DNA of 63,584 nucleotides, counting the filler, from Octopus bimaculoides (lineage: Eukaryota): assembly GCF_001194135.2 (NCBI RefSeq). It is 7 parts of 7 records of this genome, joined end to end, with 100 filler letters (N's around TTAATTAATTAA, not from the genome) between each part and the next. Parts side by side here need not be neighbours in the genome. Positions count along the whole stretch, not along the records: positions 34,063 to 39,439 come from NW_026358493.1; positions 39,540 to 43,012 come from NC_068990.1; positions 43,113 to 50,102 come from NC_068999.1; 4 more parts are not named here. The stretch is one strand, 5' to 3'. A program made the position numbers and the translations under genes. Of the stretch, positions 34,357 through 48,191 are shown in pieces; the stretch's first letter is position 1; each line of letters opens with the position of its first letter. Under the pieces are notes generated by a model. That model saw nothing but the letters and a program-made list of their open reading frames with translations. It had not been told where the DNA came from and did no database searches.

Positions 34357-35541
34357 AACTCATGCAAAAACACATTCACTTATTTATAGACATCACTGTT
34401 CAGTCAAATATATTTCGATATTGATGCATTTATGTATATATAAAGAATTTAGACATTTCTTTACGTGTATATATCTTTTAATCGTTCCTGTCATTAGACT
34501 GCAGCCATGATGGGGCAGCCCCTTAAACATTTTTAGTCGAATGAATCGACCCTAGTACTTATTTTTTTTTAAGTCTGACACTTATTATATCTATGTCTAT
34601 TGCCGAACCGACATGTCAAGGGAACACACCAACATCGAAAGTCAAGCAGTGGCGGAGGTCAAACTCAGACAAAAAACACACGCATACGCACGCACNNNNN
34701 NNNNNNNNNNNNNNNNNNNNNNNNNNNNNNNNNNNNNNNNNNNNNNNNNNNNNNNNNNNNNNNNNNNNNNNNNNNNNNNNNNNNNNNNNNNNNNNNNNNN
34801 NNNNNNNNNNNNNNNNNNNNNNNNNNNNNNNNNNNNNNNNNNNNNNNNNNNNNNNNNNNNNNNNNNNNNNNNNNNNNNNNNNNNNNNNNNNNNNNNNNNN
34901 NNNNNNNNNNNNNNNNNNNNNNNNNNNNNNNNNNNNNNNNNNNNNNNNNNNNNNNNNNNNNNNNNNNNNNNNNNNNNNNNNNNNNNNNNNNNNNNNNNNN
35001 NNNNNNNNNNNNNNNNNNNNNNNNNNNNNNNNNNNNNNNNNNNNNNNNNNNNNNNNNNNNNNNNNNNNNNNNNNNNNNNNNNNNNNNNNNNNNNNNNNNN
35101 NNNNNNNNNNNNNNNNNNNNNNNNNNNNNNNNNNNNNNNNNNNNNNNNNNNNNNNNNNNNNNNNNNNNNNNNNNNNNNNNNNNNNNNNNNNNNNNNNNNN
35201 NNNNNNNNNNNNNNNNNNNNNNNNNNNNNNNNNNNNNNNNNNNNNNNNNNNNNNNNNNNNNNNNNNNNNNNNNNNNNNNNNNNNNNNNNNNNNNNNNNNN
35301 NNNNNNNNNNNNNNNNNNNNNNNNNNNNNNNNNNNNNNNNNNNNNNNNNNNGGTGGTGTATTTAGGTCCCCGTAACTTAATGATTCGGCAAAAGAGACCG
35401 ATAGAATAAGTACTACGCATCAAAAGAATGAATAAGTCCTGGGGTCGATTTGCTCGACTAAAGGCAGTGCTCCAGCATGGCCTCAGTCAAATGACTAAAA
35501 CAAGTAAAAGAGTAAAAAAAAGAGTATATCTATATCTGTCT

Positions 35542-35572
<31 letters not shown>

Positions 35573-36108
35573 CAGAGAGAGAGGGGAGAGAGGAAGAGAT
35601 AGAGGCAGAGGGAGAGAAAGACAGAGAGATAAGACTATGTGGATATCCATAGAAAAACAGTGAACGTGATTACATTTCCACGAAGACATAAACATTGTCT
35701 CTCTTTTGCTCCCTCTCTCTTTCATTTTCTCTCTCTCCTCCTCTCCTTCTCTCACTCTCCCCACCCCTTCCTCTCTCTCTCTCTCTCGTCCATTCCATAC
35801 ACAGTTCCAAATCCATATATTTACTTATCTATGCACTGCAACAGAAACTAACTTGCACACAGCCATTGCCATCTGCATACGCGTGCACACAGCGCTTATA
35901 AGCGAGCACACACAAATAATACACTCAAAATCACATGGACACGTGAAAATATATAGGAACGAGTATATATAAAGATAGAATATATACGTACTGAAGTATA
36001 TAAACACACAGAGACGGACTACTTTATCAAATTGTGTACACACATACATCGAAGGATGCATACACACGCACACACACAATTTATATAAATACGTCGAGGC
36101 GTGAGTGT

Positions 36109-36202
<94 letters not shown>

Positions 36203-38299
36203 GTGTGTGTGTATCTGTACGGAGAAACAAACATGTGGAATGCTTAATCTCTTGCTTTAGCTGTTCCACCAGATAAGGCATAAGCGTAAGCACTCGCACA
36301 TACACAGATACATACGTAGTTACGTACTTACATACATACATACATACATACATGCATGCATACATACATGCATACATACAGGCGTAGGGGTGGGTGTGCT
36401 GGATACATATATATATATATATATATATATAAAACAAATAATTTTTGTTTTATATACACATATANNNNNNNNNNNNNNNNNNNNNNNNNNNNNNNNNNNN
36501 NNNNNNNNNNNNNNNNNNNNNNNNNNNNNNNNNNNNNNNNNNNNNNNNNNNNNNNNNNNNNNNNNNNNNNNNNNNNNNNNNNNNNNNNNNNNNNNNNNNN
36601 NNNNNNNNNNNNNNNNNNNNNNNNNNNNNNNNNNNNNNNNNNNNNNNNNNNNNNNNNNNNNNNNNNNNNNNNNNNNNNNNNNNNNNNNNNNNNNNNNNNN
36701 NNNNNNNNNNNNNNNNNNNNNNNNNNNNNNNNNNNNNAAAGGCTCTTCCCAAGGACCACAAATTAAATTTGTACCATGGAGAATGTAGTGGCGGACAGAA
36801 AACACGACAGGAAAACAAACGGAAAAGGCTATACGGCCAGACGTGAAAAATTATGTGTATATTGAACGCTGTGAAGCAACGAACTGGAAGGAAGCGGGAC
36901 GAAGTAGGTTCGTATGTTTGCTTGGCGATAGCCAAGGAAGAAAAGAATTAGTAGCTGGACACACGTGACCAGCGAGGGGTAAGGAGAAAGAGTGGTAAAG
37001 GGAGAAAAAAGGGGAGGAAGTAGAAAATAGGTGAGCAACGAGAGAAAGAGAGGAAGAGAGAGATATAGTAGTAAGAGAAGGAAGAACGAGAGGGGTAAAG
37101 AGAGAGATATAGTAGTAACAGAAGGAAGAACGAGAGGGGGAAAAAGATACAGAGATAGATAGAGTCGCGTCAGAAAATATAAAGTTCAAAACTTACTTGC
37201 GTGCGTGCGTTCGATCATGTAAAACAAATAATAAATGAGTATATGCATATATACGTACAAGTATGTGCATACCTACATCTACCTGTATATATAGGTGCAT
37301 ATCTGGGTACAGGACGTTGCAAACAAAACGTAGACAAAAAAATAATAATAACCAAGTACAGAAAACACACAGGCAACATACAGAACAAACATAGTTTAAA
37401 TCCCACGGAGCAGAAACATTTACAATGATTCTGCTAATATTTCAGTCGACAGAATGGATTTACCGGAATAGTTTATATTTGATCAGAACAAAGAAGTTTA
37501 GAGGTTAGTGAAGTTTTCAGGAGGAGGAAGGAATAATTGACCCAATTATGTTTACTTCTAACAAGAGAGGAGTTAGCGGCTCCATTAGTCTAGGTTTATC
37601 TATTAAAGAGTCGTTTAATGTCTACTGGTCAGTGGTAAGAAAATGATTTGTGGTCAGGTCAACCTACTAAATTGTCAAAGTCATTTGTGATGGAACCAAT
37701 ATACAAGCTTTATCTCCAGAAGTCAACAAGGCAGAGGGCAGAAACAGGACTGCCTTCTGCCTTGTCGAGTAGCATCCGTGGGCATCGGGTTGATCATCTT
37801 CGTGGATTCATTTGTACAGGTGATATAACATTAATGGGTGTAGAACAGTGGGACGCTTATCTTTTTTGACCAGTATGGCAGTTGAGTGAGTTGTGGATAT
37901 TTCTGCGTATATTCAGGGAGGAGGAGGGGAAGGTGATGGAAAGAGAGGAACGAATGGTAGTTATATGAGAATGGAGGTATGTGTGATGGTGTTGAACTTA
38001 TTTTTCTATTCATTCAGCAGATGTCAAGGATGGGTTGTACATTCTTTTGTTTGATCTGATTTAAGGCATGACTCTCTTCAATGAATTCTGAAGTCAACAG
38101 GTCATCCAACATTGCCACTATTGTGGTTTATTGACTGAATTGATAAATGATATTTTCTTAGGGTAACTTTTCATTGTTTCTGGCAGTGTAGTGAATAGCA
38201 TCCTAAATATTGGTTTGTTTGTTTATTTGTTTGCATTCCTTCCTTGTTCTGTAATGTGTTATTTCGTTTCAAAATGATTTTTTCAGACTCCATTCATTA

Positions 38300-38670
38300 T
38301 GTTTTGTTCCTATGTTTACATATGATCACCTCACAGTGCCTATTTATCACGTTTTTCCTGGATTTGATGATTTCCAGGGCTTCTTCTAGTCAAGTTTCAT
38401 ACCCGTAATGTTCTGTGGTATGGTGCAGCATTTTTTTATAATAGAGCAGTGGGTGGTATGCTCCACTTCATTCTGTTTGAACCTCCAGACGAGGTTCGAT
38501 AAGATATGTGGAGTGTCTTTTATTTATATTGGAAAATGATGTGAAATGCTTTCGCAGACATCCTTTCGTGGTGTTTTCGCGTGTTACCAATGTACACGTA
38601 TTTCTGCCCACCTGCCTTCAGCCCACATTTGTAAGCTACCTTCCTTACCATGTAGTTGTTAAATCTGCAT
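38300..38670 (-). mobile_element. Penelope-like element 3: decayed GIY-YIG endonuclease of a different lineage
   Basis: VRKVAYKCGLKAGGQKYVYIGNT, then RKHFTSFSNINKRHSTYLSNLVWRFKQNEVEH and LEEALEIIKSRKNVINRHCEVIICKHRN across frameshifts. This resembles the LNKRSELxSxCRH-type PLE C-terminus. Confidence 0.7.
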
Positions 38671-38719
38671 TCCTCATTATGCCTGCAGTTACACATGGTA
38701 TTATTTTTTTAATTAAAGG

Positions 38720-38915
38720 GGACCCGCTGGCAGAATCGTTAGCACGCCGGAAAAAATTCCTTGTGCACTTTCTGAGTTCAAATTCCACCAGGGTCGACTT
38801 TTCCTTTTATCCTTTCGGGGTCGATAAAATAAATACCAGTTAAGTACTGAGGTCGATATAATCGACTTATCCCCACCTCGTAACTGTTGGCCTTGTGCCA
38901 AATTCGAAACCAATA
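38720..38915 (+). mobile_element. SINE family A
   Basis: GCTGGCAGAATCGTTAGCACGCCGG...GAGTTCAAATTCC...ATCCTTTCGGGGTCGATAAAAT. Confidence 0.88.
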
Positions 38916-39552
38916 TTTTATTTAATTATTTGTAAATTTTTCTTCTATACTTTTTCATGCGTTTTAGTTTTTGATATTCTGATGACTCAAACCGAAGCCT
39001 GTATGTATTATTTTCTCTATCTTTTGTCGTTATATTTCTTTTCTTAATCATAATCCTTTCTTAATTTTCATTTTCAACTGCAACTTTCCGTAATTATAGT
39101 TGTGAAACTCAGTAATTTACACACACTTACTCTGTCTACCTTTGTTATCTTTTCAGTCTATTCCGAGGAATCACTCAGTTTACTCCCCCCCCCCCTTATT
39201 GTCAGACAGCTATAATAACAAGCAGAGAGATTGATTATGAGGAATACTTGATAATGTATTGATGGATAAGTTAAATAAGCAATATGTGGGATTCAAACAC
39301 GTGCCCCCTCTTGACGGTTCTATACAATAATCACTGATAGATTACAACGAAATTCAACACGACCTGTGCACTCTCACCAGGGATTGAGAAAATGGTTGTT
39401 ATGCAATTAACTATGTAATATAAATACATTTGTATCTATNNNNNNNNNNNNNNNNNNNNNNNNNNNNNNNNNNNNNNNNNNNNTTAATTAATTAANNNNN
39501 NNNNNNNNNNNNNNNNNNNNNNNNNNNNNNNNNNNNNNNTATACACATCTTA

Positions 39553-39714
39553 TTGTGTCTGGGCAGAGTCATTTCCTTTTAGGGCCATATTGTTTAACAC
39601 ACTCACCAGTTCGTTTACCACCCATTGAAAGAAATATCGAAATGAGTGGAAATCGAAAATGTGAGTGTGTTAAATAATAAGGCACTAAAAGTGAATGACT
39701 CTTCCCAGACACAA
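39553..39714. mobile_element. Small foldback MITE, about 54-bp imperfect TIRs
   Basis: 39553-39606 pairs with 39661-39714, including a perfect 14-bp TTTAACACACTCAC/GTGAGTGTGTTAAA. Confidence 0.75.
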
Positions 39715-40619
39715 CAAAATATGCTTCAACACACGAATTTACATACAGAATCTTGCCAATCAAACGCAAAAACGAAATGTGTGTGTGAGTGTGTTTGTGT
39801 GTACCACTGACTTCTTTTAGTTTCCCAGTACCAAATCCACTCACGAGACTTTAATGGCCCGGGGTTTTAGGAGAAAGCACTTACCCAAGGTGCCACGCAA
39901 TGGCCCTGAATCTGGAACCATGTGGTGAGGTAGCATGCCTCAGCACTACACAGCCACGTCTGCAATAAAAATCGTCGTTAATAATAGTGATGATGCTGCT
40001 GGCGACGATCTGGACGACGAAGACCAAGGCCACAACGACGACGATGATGATGATGATAATTGTCGGGAGGTGAAGTGGATCGAAGTTATTTATAATGCTG
40101 AAGATAATCGAAGTCCTCTTAGAAGTGATAGGGGCTATAATAACGATGTTGCCATTCCTAAAGTGGAAGCAGAATCAGAGAAGCTGCGAGGGATATTGTT
40201 TGCTCTTTCTAACAAGTGGTTCATAAAATTGAAAAATTGATTGAAATATTGATGGCGATGACAATGATCAGAGTGTCACCAATAGCAACGGATTACGACA
40301 TCAGAGGAATGTTAAATGACGGCGATTGTGAATTTTAGTTGGAGGACGGCGATGACGGGGAGGTAACTGTTGTGAGCGAGTGAGATAAAAATATGACGAT
40401 GAATTTGAGAATGGTTGTAGTGTGAGAAATGGCGAGTGGACCAAGTTCGTGCAGAAGGAGATGAAGAGGGAGAGAGAGAGGGAGAGAGAGAGGGAGAGAG
40501 AGCGGGAGAGATAGAGGTATGGAAAGAAAGATTTTGGATGAAGAAGACGATGTGGCTATTGCTTCTCATGACAATGATTACTTCAGTTTAGTTAACGGTC
40601 AATCAAGCTTGATAGTAAT

Positions 40620-41361
40620 GTAATAATGGTTTCAAATTTTGCCACAAGGGCAGCCATTTTAGGTGAGAGGGATATGTCGATTAAATTTATCGACGGCGAA
40701 AGGAAGAAAGCTCATTGTCTCCATCAAATCGACGTTGTTTGAACAGGTACACGGTGTACCACAGATCAGGTGTCAAAGTGATAAAAGAGGTCGACTTTGC
40801 CTTTCATCCTTTCGGAGCCGATAAATTAAGTACCAGCTGATTAGTGGGGTCGATCTAATCGACTGTCCCCCTCACCCAAAATTTCGGGCCTTTTGCCTAG
40901 AATTGAAAAGAATATTAAGGAAGGATATTTAAGGAATATTAAGGATCAATATTAAGGGCGGAGAGCTGTCAGAAACGTTAGCACGCTGGGTGATATGCTT
41001 AGCGGTATTTCGTCTGCCGTTACGTCCTGAGTTCAAATTCCGCCGAGGTCGACTTTGCCTTTCATCCTTTCGGGGTCGATAAATTAAGTGCCAGTTACGC
41101 ACTGGGGGTCGATGTAATCGACTTAACCCATTTGCCTGTCCTTCTTTGTCCCCTCTATGCTCCTTTATTGTCCCCTTTATTGCTCCTTGTGGGCAATAAA
41201 GAAATAAGAATATTAAGGAAGGACCCGCCGTGGTTGACTTTGCTTTTCATCCTTTCGGGATCGAGATATTAAGTACCAGTTGCGTACTGGGATCCATCTA
41301 ATCACCTGGCCCCTCCTCCAAAATGTCGGGCCTTGGCCTAGAGTAGAACAGAATATTAAAG
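40620..41361. mobile_element. Cluster of four SINE A pieces including a full copy at 40957-41208
   Basis: Pieces at about 40620-40700 (-), 40786-40915 (+), 40957-41208 (+) and 41225-41356 (+), the plus pieces separated by AATATTAAGG. Confidence 0.88.
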
Positions 41362-43316
41362 AAGGACACAAATGGGAAACCGTATACGTTATATCCGTCG
41401 GGATTGTTTTATGGAAACTGTAAATCTGAGGAGATTCACCAATCAATTGGTTGGTGCGTTTATCGTTGAGTATCAAAATAATCAAACGAGGCAAATGAAG
41501 ACGATTGGTACTACATAAAGTTATTCAACGCTACGATCGTTTCGAATAAGGGGAAGAACTAGTCCACCACTATATACGTTGATTTGTACGAATACAATCA
41601 AATAAATCAAATAAATAATGAAATAATCATTTAATGGAATATTTTGCTCTCCACCATTCTGATCGGGCCTCAAAAATTATGATGGTAGATTTTCAGTTTC
41701 CAACAAACACAGATTTATGAAGTTGGAGTTGCGTAGTCTCAAAAATATTAACATCAAATCGTCAGTAGATGGAGCTTGTCGACAACTAGCGTATCAGTGT
41801 AGCCATACTACACCTCAAAATGTTGGTTATGCAATGCTTCGAGTTGTTTTGATTCAGGTTAAACACATGAGATTCGCATAGGATTAAATATGTCTGTTTA
41901 TCCATTAGAATTTTACAGATATGATGCTGGTATATACATTTAGGTACTGATGAATGTATTCATACAGATGAGAAAATACTCGTGGTATTGTTAACAGAAT
42001 TTAGATGGATGATAAGACATCACGTAAAGAATTTATATGGCGTAAATGAAAGAAGACAGTTTAGACATTCCGGAAAGATTGGAAAGAAAATTGCATCATC
42101 GTTATTAATTTACACTGCTCACCGGAAGTGTATACGCGAACACATGCTCCCTCTCACACGCGTGCGCGCATACAAATATTAAATTACATGCATACATATA
42201 TATACACATAAGTATATGTGTGTGTGTGGCTGTTTGTGTGCACGTCTACGTGTTTGTGTATATGTATGTTTCACTTGGCTTTAAGCTTTCTTGCTAAACA
42301 ATCCATTCGTCGTGATTTGAGAGCAGGTTTTTCTCTCAAATGTCCGATTTATAAAACTGCATTACATATGTGTGCTTCTAATTTCCGTTTGGGACACGCC
42401 CGTGGTTGAAACATCTCAAAAGTAGGATGTCCAGTAGTAGGAGGAAATATGTTCGTGACATGTATCAATCATAAGTGAATATATCGCGTAGACATTACAT
42501 TCAGCAGGTATGGAACACTTTGTACCTTAAGAATTCGAATGAATAAATGAGTTACTGTCAATGCTTAACGGCCAGATTGACAACAATGTACGACATGTTC
42601 TAATCGATTTTCATTCGTCGATTAAATATAACTGGCGGAAACTTGGTTATATACTCAATGAATATTTCGGCTATCGTCAAAGTTCTTGAATTTCTTTCAA
42701 ATAAAGAAACGAAACTTCTTTGTGACATATGTATCATAAAGCATGTCATCATGTTGCACTGTATCCCTGGGCTGTTATTGGTTGTTTGTTGTGGTGACTG
42801 ATTGAGGTGGTGAAAGGAAAACTGTTTCTTGGGCTGAGTAAAGAAGTGACTCAACAACACCCGCGAACATTTAACACAGGATTTCATTACTGCACATAAA
42901 GTCAAAAACATGTTGGTTTGTTACAGATAAAAACAGAAATAAGAACATACCAGAAGATATGTACTGCTTCGTGTACACAGCAAATATATATAAATATATA
43001 TATATATATATANNNNNNNNNNNNNNNNNNNNNNNNNNNNNNNNNNNNNNNNNNNNTTAATTAATTAANNNNNNNNNNNNNNNNNNNNNNNNNNNNNNNN
43101 NNNNNNNNNNNNCTTGATTTATCTCTCGTAGGACAGTGCGCGCGCACGCACACACACACACACAAATATATATATATATATATATAACGGTGATGTACTT
43201 GCATAGCAAATGACCTGATCTGAGATCGTGTGCTGGAACGACAACAATAGCAGCGTGGAAGGTGTTTATAAGCCATTTAAGAAACACACACAAACGGTTA
43301 GATTCCACACTGCAAG

Positions 43317-43351
<35 letters not shown>

Positions 43352-44191
43352 TAGAAATTAAGTAAATTGAGGTCGACAGCCTTAAAACATCAAGTTGAAC
43401 GGGATCAACCTATAATTCTAGAACGGACGAAGTACACTTTACATATATGATTATTATATATATATATAAAGTTGCATTGCCGTTGGCCGAATTAAGGGAA
43501 GGATTAAGACGAAAGGATTAAGAAGCTGCTAAGGTTCGCCGTGCACATTTTTATTTCAAATGACGTTACTAAGCTTATTGTATCAATCTTTAACACCATA
43601 TGCTATATACAACCTATCCCACACAGAGATTACCAACAAAGGCAACCAGTGTTTCTAAGACCGTCAACGTCTCTAACACACATTATTTATTGCCGTTTAT
43701 TAAGTAGCATTGTAGTTTCTATCTCTACTCCCCCGGAAATATCTCATATCAGTAGAATATGTATTTAAAAACACACAAACACATACACGCATATATATGA
43801 ATTTCTGTGAGTGTACGTATGTAAATATATATGTATGTATATGAGTGTCTGAATGTATATATATATATATATATGTATAACATTAATCTAGCGAGATTTG
43901 TGCCCTTGTCCTCGATAATCTTTCTCATACGATTATTCCAGGAATCCGCTTCGGCATCTGCTTATAGTTTCACTGCAATCGTTGACATACCTGGACTGAA
44001 TGTTCTTCATGCCTTTCGTAACCAGTTGAATAATGGCGGCCGTCAGTGGATATTTGGTATTTTGGGATTATCCAATATTCTCAGTTCAAACAACTTTCTA
44101 AACGTAGTAGTCCGTCCGAGGCTACAATTTCGGTGTCTTATGATCGTAAAGATTGTCTGATGGATGTGCGGTTATGTGTATACACAAATAA

Positions 44192-44228
<37 letters not shown>

Positions 44229-44229
<1 letters not shown>

Positions 44230-44660
44230 GAGGATGAGTAAAAAAATAATGTCATTTTGTTTAGGACAGGTATAATTACCAACACAGGAACATGTGTCAT
44301 AGATCAAAATGAAGCTGGTCCTGTGGATCACATCTCTGCTTCTCAACATAGTCATCGTTTCTCTCAATTGCAATGTTCCATCTTCGAATGAGAGCATGTA
44401 TCCCTGCCACGTAAAATTCTGCTGACTGTTCTTTGAGCCAGCTCTTCACTACCTCCACACTCATCAGATTTAGCACCTTCAGACTATCATCGCTTCGGCC
44501 CCATGACAGAGGGTTTGAGATGCAAACATTATTCCAGTGACAAGGAATTCAAAACTGTACTGAAAAAGTGGCTCAAAGAACAGTCAACAGAATTTTTACG
44601 GAGCAGGGATACATGCTTTCATTCGAAGGTGGAACATTGCTATTGAGAAAAACGGTGACT
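44229..44660. mobile_element. Mariner-derived palindromic element built from transposase 3' ends
   Basis: Begins TA|CGAGGATGAG. 44351-44441 is the reverse complement of 44569-44660. The centre and right translate to SDLAPSDYH.FGPM.EGLR.KHYSSD.E.KT..KKWLKEQSTEF..GIHAFIRRWNIAIEKNGD. The right end is in a gap. Confidence 0.85.
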
Positions 44661-45117
44661 NNNNNNNNNNNNNNNNNNNNNNNNNNNNNNNNNNNNNNNN
44701 NNNNNNNNNNNNNNNNNNNNNNNNNNNNNNNNNNNNNNNNNNNNNNNNNNNNNNNNNNNNNNNNNNNNNNNNNNNNNNNNNNNNNNNNNNNNNNNNNNNN
44801 NNNNNNNNNNNNNNNNNNNNNNNNNNNNNNNNNNNNNNNNNNNNNNNNNNNNNNNNNNNNNNNNNNNNNNNNNNNNNNNNNNNNNNNNNNNNNNNNNNNN
44901 NNNNNNNNNNNNNNNNNNNNNNNNNNNNNNNNNNNNNNNNNNNNNNNNNNNNNNNNNNNNNNNNNNNNNNNNNNNNNNNNNNNNNNNNNNNNNNNNNNNN
45001 NNNNNNNNNNNNNNNNNNNNNNNNNNNNNNNNNNNNNNNNNNNNNNNNNNNNNNNNNNNNNNNNNNNNNNNNNNNNNNNNNNNNNNNNNNNNNNNNNNNN
45101 NNNNNNNNNNNNNNNNN

Positions 45118-45169
<52 letters not shown>

Positions 45170-45534
45170 CATATGGATTATTTGTCGTAATGATTTAAGT
45201 CCCCTCTTTTATACTCTGTTCGTTTATTTTATGTATCTATTTATATATACTTTTATATTATTTTTTCATTTATTTACTTTCTTTGTATGCTTTATTTCTT
45301 ATTTATCATTTCTCTTGTAAAGTGATATGTACCAAAACAACAAAGATAGCAGGATGTAGAATGATGGCGACACAGACGGAGGTAGAGTTACATAGGCAAA
45401 TGGATGCTAGGTAGGTAGATAGATAGATATATAGATATATAGATAGATAGATAGCTAGATAGATAGATAGATGTATACTAAACAAAGCCAGATGAATTGC
45501 ATAACACTAAAATATTAAAAAAATTAAAATATAA

Positions 45535-45568
<34 letters not shown>

Positions 45569-46204
45569 CGTAAAGTAACTTTTTAAGGCTTTATCAGCCT
45601 GATTTTTTTGTTTGTTTTTTTTCTTTTGTTAATCCCTTCCACCTACTAGATTACAGCCCCTTTAAGACATGCAGATATTTGGGAGCGGGCTTCTAGTGGC
45701 GTAAAGGATGTATAAAGGTGGGGAAAGCGCTTATGGTTTAATAAGGAAATGCGATAGATTAAAACATTATACCTCTCTCATTCACGTGAAAACCTTCAAC
45801 AGCAACACAGGTGAGTGATAATATATGCATATTTTATTTCTCTATACTTCTATACTGTAGGAATTAAGTTTATATATATACATTTCCTATACACAGTCAT
45901 ACGTACGTATTCACACACGCAATCCAATATATTGTATATAGTAATTATATATACGTAATTAATTGCAGTTAATGTAATTTGGTGAGTAACTATCGATTTC
46001 TTTTTTCTTTGTGGTTACTCCTTTTGTGTTAAACATTTTTAATCGGATTTTTTTCCATCTTTGAGAAGAAAAAAACTTCTATTTTTTGCAGGCTATATTT
46101 GTCTAAGACCATATCCATAATTTCTGAATGTTTGAAGAAGAAAACACTCCTCAGACTGTCGTCTTTCCTTCATCGCATTTTCATTGTTTATCTTACAATT
46201 AGTG

Positions 46205-46517
46205 AAGGCGCGTGGTATTTGATTATAGGGTATTCGTAAGATTGCGATTTCCATTTCCGGCAGCGCGTTTTCTCCTTGCACAAGACCTTCATTTCACGTG
46301 GCTCCAGTGCACTCACCCGACAAAAATGAGTTGTAACCTGTTTTTTCAAAGGGCCAGCCTTGTCCCATTCTATGTCACACTGACATTCATTGAGAACTTT
46401 GCTAAGGGTACGCGTGCCTGTGGAGTGCTCAGCCACTTGCATGTTAATTTCACCAGCACGCTGTTCCGTTGATCGGATCAACCGGAACCATCGTCTTTGT
46501 AACCGACGGAGTGCCAC
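46205..46517 (+). mobile_element. SINE family D
   Basis: GAAGGCGCGTGG head, CTTCATTTCACGTGGCTCCAGT core, and GCTGTTCCGTTGATCGGATCAACCGGAACC..GACGGAGTGCCA tail. Confidence 0.85.
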
Positions 46518-47428
46518 GTTATCCTACAATTAAGTCTCATTATCAAGTATATAACCTGGTCTTGTTAAACTGCTGGCATTCTGCCAAGATCTGAGACTTA
46601 TGTTCGGCGCAGAATATTTGTTTCGTTTTCATTTCATCGATCTCATGAAATAACCCTAACAACGGCAGTGCTGGTTGTTAAGTTCGCTCCGCACTCAAGA
46701 GGTTTCCAGTCTGACCTATACCTTTCACCATTCTCCTACTGACCTTCATTCCAATCTTCAGGTGGACGCAAGTCACATAAATGGAACTAAAGAGAGAAAG
46801 CAAATGTCTAAATTCGTCTGAACATGGGTACCTGTTTGAGTATGGTCCACTGATCATATAGAGATTTTAACACCAATGCTTGAATCCCATTTGGGACCTT
46901 TAGTGGAATTAACTAAATCACATGCATTACGACAAGGTGTCTGATCTCAATATCAGTCGATACTTCAAAGCGTCACATCCTACAAAAACAAACCATGACT
47001 TGTAGACATGTCGATATATATATAACTATCTACCGCTTTGTTTGTCAGTCTTTCTTAATCTATTTTTTTCTCCTTCCGTTCTTTTCTTTCCTTCCTTCAT
47101 TCATTCATGTATTCTTCCTTCCTTTATTTCTTTCTCTTTATCTCCCTTTCTCTTTATCTCTCTTTCTCTCACGCACTCTCATCCACTTTATTCAGATGGA
47201 TTACAAGTCCGGAAACTCCGGGAAGCAACTGAGTGAATAAACTGCTTCGTACAACAGACATGTACATAAATGCCATATAAGCATACACATAGACATGCGC
47301 ACAAACACATACAAATACTGATATATATGTATGTGTGCGCGCGCGCGTATATATGTCTGGATGTATATGTGTATATGTATATATGCTAATATATGTGTAT
47401 ATATTTATAATCTCTATATAAGTGTACG

Positions 47429-47476
<48 letters not shown>

Positions 47477-48146
47477 CATCTATGCAAACACATAGTCAAC
47501 CAAACAATCATAGAGGCGCAGAAGAGCATGTGGTTCTGACTAGCGCTCAGTCAATCAGAAAGCATCCATTTATACACTCACACACACCAGAAGAATTCTC
47601 CTGTATTTTATCCACCATTTTCGGAACGTCTCTTCGATGGTTTCTACCTTTCTGCCACGGATTCAGCCATAGAAAACAGGAAAAAAAAACCATAGGCAAC
47701 AAGGCCACCATAAAGAAAAAGAAATTTAAAGCCCTCCATTAGCCTTTGAATATTTGGGAATTTCAGGAAGACATGGATAGCATTTGACAAATAGTCGTAT
47801 TCGTCCAAACCAATAAATCAGAGAGCATCTCGTCTGTGTCACTGTGGAAAGTAATCGATATTAATCACAACAACATCATAGAGATATAAACATCACACAT
47901 GTCATATCAGATAGAATATCGGCACTTCAGGAATGGATAATGGAAGATTTTTCCCTATCACGCACGCACATCTATACACATGCACACACGCGCGCGTATG
48001 TAAATACGGGCAGACATGTATATAAAGATATACATGTGTGTGTGTGTGTGTGTGTATATATATAAATAGTTAAGTATATATATATACATATATATATGCA
48101 GACATAAATATATATATATATATGCACTCACACGCACATATATGCG

Positions 48147-48191
<45 letters not shown>

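Noticed and set aside
39935-40240. 101-aa acidic ORF
   Set aside because: Decayed (GAT/GAC)n microsatellite region starting inside a SINE.
41660-41885. Plus-strand open stretch DGRFSVS..KLELRSL..DG..YQC, vaguely Ig-like
   Set aside because: Opposite strand to the gene, no acceptor or start, and the motif spacing is wrong.
41945-41985. CTGATGA..GAAAA motif, and other isolated CTGATGA/TCATCAG hits (about 7877, 19763, 20203, 25884, 63029)
   Set aside because: No supporting stems I-III; chance matches or SINE tails.
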